Notes under the pieces: model-generated
The model's input: only the letters and a program-made list of their open reading frames with translations
The model's database searches: none
Told to the model about the DNA's origin: nothing
Shown: positions 61,397 to 64,000 of the stretch, one piece after another
How the letters are laid out: each line of letters begins with the position of its first letter
Position numbering within the stretch: the first letter of the stretch is position 1
Source of the DNA: a phage
DNA: 64,000 nt
Sequence record: PZ179882.1
Reading direction: 5' to 3' (one strand)
Position numbers and translations under genes: made by a program

Positions 61397-61454
61397 AACA
61401 ATCTCCTCATTTAACCGACAAGACTACTATACCATAGTCTTGTCAGCTTGTAAA

Positions 61455-62882
61455 CTAAAATTTTAATTCATTCGCTAAAGCATCTAACTGGGCTCGGGCT
61501 GATTCGTTTCTTTGATAGCGATTCTGCTCAGCCTGAATCTGCTGTGAACCTGCTACTTCGTTCACTTCAGTTGGAGTAGAATCTTGTTCAATTTCTACCC
61601 ATTTCTGATTTCCTTTTTGAACACCCATCAAAAACTTATTCCATTTATTCTTATCACCATATCGTGATTTGATTTGCTTAATTAGTTGTTGTTCAGCAGT
61701 TGCTAACTCCTCGGTTTCAATGACCGCAAGCATAAAATCGGCTGTTGCTGGAAGACCGGCAGATTCTGCAATATCGCTCATGTTAACATCAGAAGAATCC
61801 CAAGCTTGTTTACCAACCTGTGCTGCGGTCCAAAGAACAGTTTCAGTTTCAACAGCCAGAGCACGCAATTCCTCTGCGATGGCTTTAACAGTTGTGTAAC
61901 TATTTTCTGAATACACTCTGATACGGCAAGATTTACAAATACCAAGATAGTCGACAATAATGATTGTTGGAACAAAATTCTTCTTGAGCTTTAATTCGTT
62001 TAAAAGAGATCGAAATGTATTAGCGTCTGCTCCACCAGTAGGATATTGCTTAACGATTAAACGACCGAGAGTAGATTTCTCACGCCATTTTTCCATTTTT
62101 CCTTTATACTCAGCATAAGAAATATGCCCATCATCAATGTCATCAAGAGAAACATCAAGCATATTAGCGTCAATACGTTTAGCACAGACTTCTTCTGCCA
62201 TTTCCATGGAAATGTAAAGAACATTATGTCCGAGCTGCAAATAATCTGCTGCCAATGAACAAAGTCCTAATGATTTACCAACGTTAACACCAGCCATTAA
62301 AACGTTCAGTGTTCCTGTCTCAGCTCCGCCTTTAGTAATTTTATTTAGAATTTTGAGTTTAAATGGAACCTTACGAGCTTTATTCATATAAGATAGCCAG
62401 CGTGCTTCGTAGTCATCCATCCAATCATGACCAACGTAGTTATCAAATGAAATTGATAATGCTTGGCGCATGATGTCAGGAATAGCACCTACATCTGGCA
62501 TTTTCTTATTTCGTTTTTCCGGAGGAAGCTCAGCATTAGTTTGAATTTCGATTATTTTAGACGTAGCATTAAACATCGCCCTTTGTTGAACATATTTTTC
62601 TGTTTCTTTTACTAACCAACTGTGGTCTTCTGGAGAATCGGCTAGTTTTGAAATAAGTGTTTTTACACCAGAATATTCTGTTTCAGTAAATGAACTATTT
62701 TCTAATGCAACATTTAACGCATTAATAGATGGAACGCTATGGTACTCATTAACATGAGATTTAATTAATTTGAACGTATTTTTAGCTGGACCACTTTCAA
62801 AATATTCTGAATCCATATATGGCCAAACTTTTGAAAAATAAGCTTGATCAAATATGAGATGAGAAAGAATAATTTCTACCAC
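61455..62882 (-). CDS. 41: replicative DnaB-like helicase gp41, 475 aa
   Basis: Walker A GVNVGKS; matches T4 gp41. Confidence 0.97.
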   Translation of the reverse strand: MVEIILSHLIFDQAYFSKVWPYMDSEYFESGPAKNTFKLIKSHVNEYHSVPSINALNVALENSSFTETEYSGVKTLISKLADSPEDHSWLVKETEKYVQQRAMFNATSKIIEIQTNAELPPEKRNKKMPDVGAIPDIMRQALSISFDNYVGHDWMDDYEARWLSYMNKARKVPFKLKILNKITKGGAETGTLNVLMAGVNVGKSLGLCSLAADYLQLGHNVLYISMEMAEEVCAKRIDANMLDVSLDDIDDGHISYAEYKGKMEKWREKSTLGRLIVKQYPTGGADANTFRSLLNELKLKKNFVPTIIIVDYLGICKSCRIRVYSENSYTTVKAIAEELRALAVETETVLWTAAQVGKQAWDSSDVNMSDIAESAGLPATADFMLAVIETEELATAEQQLIKQIKSRYGDKNKWNKFLMGVQKGNQKWVEIEQDSTPTEVNEVAGSQQIQAEQNRYQRNESARAQLDALANELKF

Positions 62883-62891
62883 ACTTACTCC

Positions 62892-63254
62892 TTAAAAGAA
62901 TTTAAATTTTTTCTTTGACCTTTTATTAAATGCATCTTGTAGTTGCATTGTAATACATTTTTCTACATGAGGAGCTAACTCAGCTTTTCTTTCTTGGTCA
63001 AGAACAGCAAAGTCCATTACAACCTTTCCATCAACCCAATCTAATTTTGTCACATACACAATGTGTGTAGAACCATCTTCTAGTTTAATGACAATCTCCT
63101 GGATAACATTTTCCATGGCAGATTTAATTATCTTAAGAGACTCATTAAAAAGACGTTCTTTTCTTTCTTCTTCCCCCTCCGAAGAGGGGGATTCGTCGAT
63201 AATTTCTAGATCTAAATCTAAATCATCTTTATTCATTAAATTCTTCCATATCAC
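62892..63254 (-). CDS. 40: head vertex assembly chaperone gp40, 120 aa
   Basis: 120-aa ORF between 41 and uvsX as in T4. Confidence 0.7.
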   Translation of the reverse strand: MIWKNLMNKDDLDLDLEIIDESPSSEGEEERKERLFNESLKIIKSAMENVIQEIVIKLEDGSTHIVYVTKLDWVDGKVVMDFAVLDQERKAELAPHVEKCITMQLQDAFNKRSKKKFKFF

Positions 63255-64000
63255 TTAACTGTTCGAGGTCAGTTTCTAAATCAGCAGCTGATTTACTTTT
63301 ACTTTCTGGAGATTTAAATTTTTCAACCTTTGAGTTAATCAATTCATCAACTTCAGCTTCAACAATTTCATTACTATCAATAGCACCTAACTGATAAGCA
63401 CGTTTAATAGCATCTCGGAATGGTTGATGCTTAAATAAAGGACCCCAGAATGTAGTGCAGTTGGTATCTTTTGCACGCCAAGATTTTTCTTCGCGAATCA
63501 TCTCACCGGTTTCTTCATCAAGAAATTCACGGGCATACCAGCCATTTTTAGGTTTTACTACAAATCCTAATTCTAGAGCCATATCTAACAATCCAGAATA
63601 AGGATCGATACCACCGTCAAATTTAACATCAATAAAGAATTTACTTTTTTCTTTAACGGTACGAGATTTTTCTACATTTAGAACAAATTGATACCCTTGA
63701 AGATCAGAACCATCTTTAATCTGACGTTTACCGATAATGAATACAGTATCAGCCGAATACATTACGCCTGTACCACCTGTCATCACGGTTTTACTAAACA
63801 TTTCAATTGTTTCAATTGTATGGTTAACCGCAACACACGGAATATTTTTAATGCTAAAATAAGGAGTAACGATACGGAATAATGACTTCAGTGATTTAGC
63901 ACGAGTCATATCTGCAACAGATTTTTCATTCAAGGCATCTTCCGTTTCTTTCTTAGAAGCCATATTACCGATTGAGTCGATGAATACAATAACCTTTTCG
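63229..64000 (-). CDS. uvsX: UvsX RecA-like recombinase, C-terminal ~257 codons (N-terminus beyond window end)
   Basis: Frame open to window end; …MASKKETEDALNEK…LETDLEQLSDMEEFNE matches C-terminal part of T4 UvsX. Confidence 0.93.
   Translation of the reverse strand, partial: EKVIVFIDSIGNMASKKETEDALNEKSVADMTRAKSLKSLFRIVTPYFSIKNIPCVAVNHTIETIEMFSKTVMTGGTGVMYSADTVFIIGKRQIKDGSDLQGYQFVLNVEKSRTVKEKSKFFIDVKFDGGIDPYSGLLDMALELGFVVKPKNGWYAREFLDEETGEMIREEKSWRAKDTNCTTFWGPLFKHQPFRDAIKRAYQLGAIDSNEIVEAEVDELINSKVEKFKSPESKSKSAADLETDLEQLSDMEEFNE

Overview
This window is a 64-kb slice of a T-even (T4-like, Tequatrovirus-type) coliphage genome, running from gene 30 (DNA ligase, truncated at the left edge) to uvsX (truncated at the right edge). 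Gene order and many protein sequences match the T4 map as I recall it: 30 and 30.1-30.9, rIII, 31, cd, pseT, spanins, alc, rnlA, denA, nrdB, nrdA, td (split by a group I intron encoding I-TevI), frd, 32, 59, 33, dsbA, rnh, the plus-strand long-tail-fiber operon 34-35-36-37-38, holin t, asiA, arn, motA, 52, ac/stp, ndd, denB, rIIB, rIIA, 39, goF/cef/motB region, dexA, dda, srd, modA, modB, soc, 56, 61, sp, dmd, 41, 40, uvsX. Almost all early and middle genes are on the minus strand and the tail-fiber/holin late genes on the plus strand, with T4-style early (GTTTAC -35), middle (MotA-box) and late (TATAAATA) promoters and intrinsic terminators. Several features differ from T4 itself and look T2/T6-like: a 260-aa glycine-rich gp38 adhesin, a gp37 ending in a self-cleaving chaperone domain, an unsplit gene 39, an intron-less nrdB with no mobE next to it, and a very short 56-61 junction without dam. 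I found no CRISPR array, tRNA or rRNA gene, and no clearly novel multi-gene system; the most interesting items are repeated promoter/terminator cassettes, small inserted ORFs at the frd-td and 56-61 junctions, and clusters of tiny hydrophobic peptides. All homology statements are from reading the translations against remembered T4 proteins; no database search was run.
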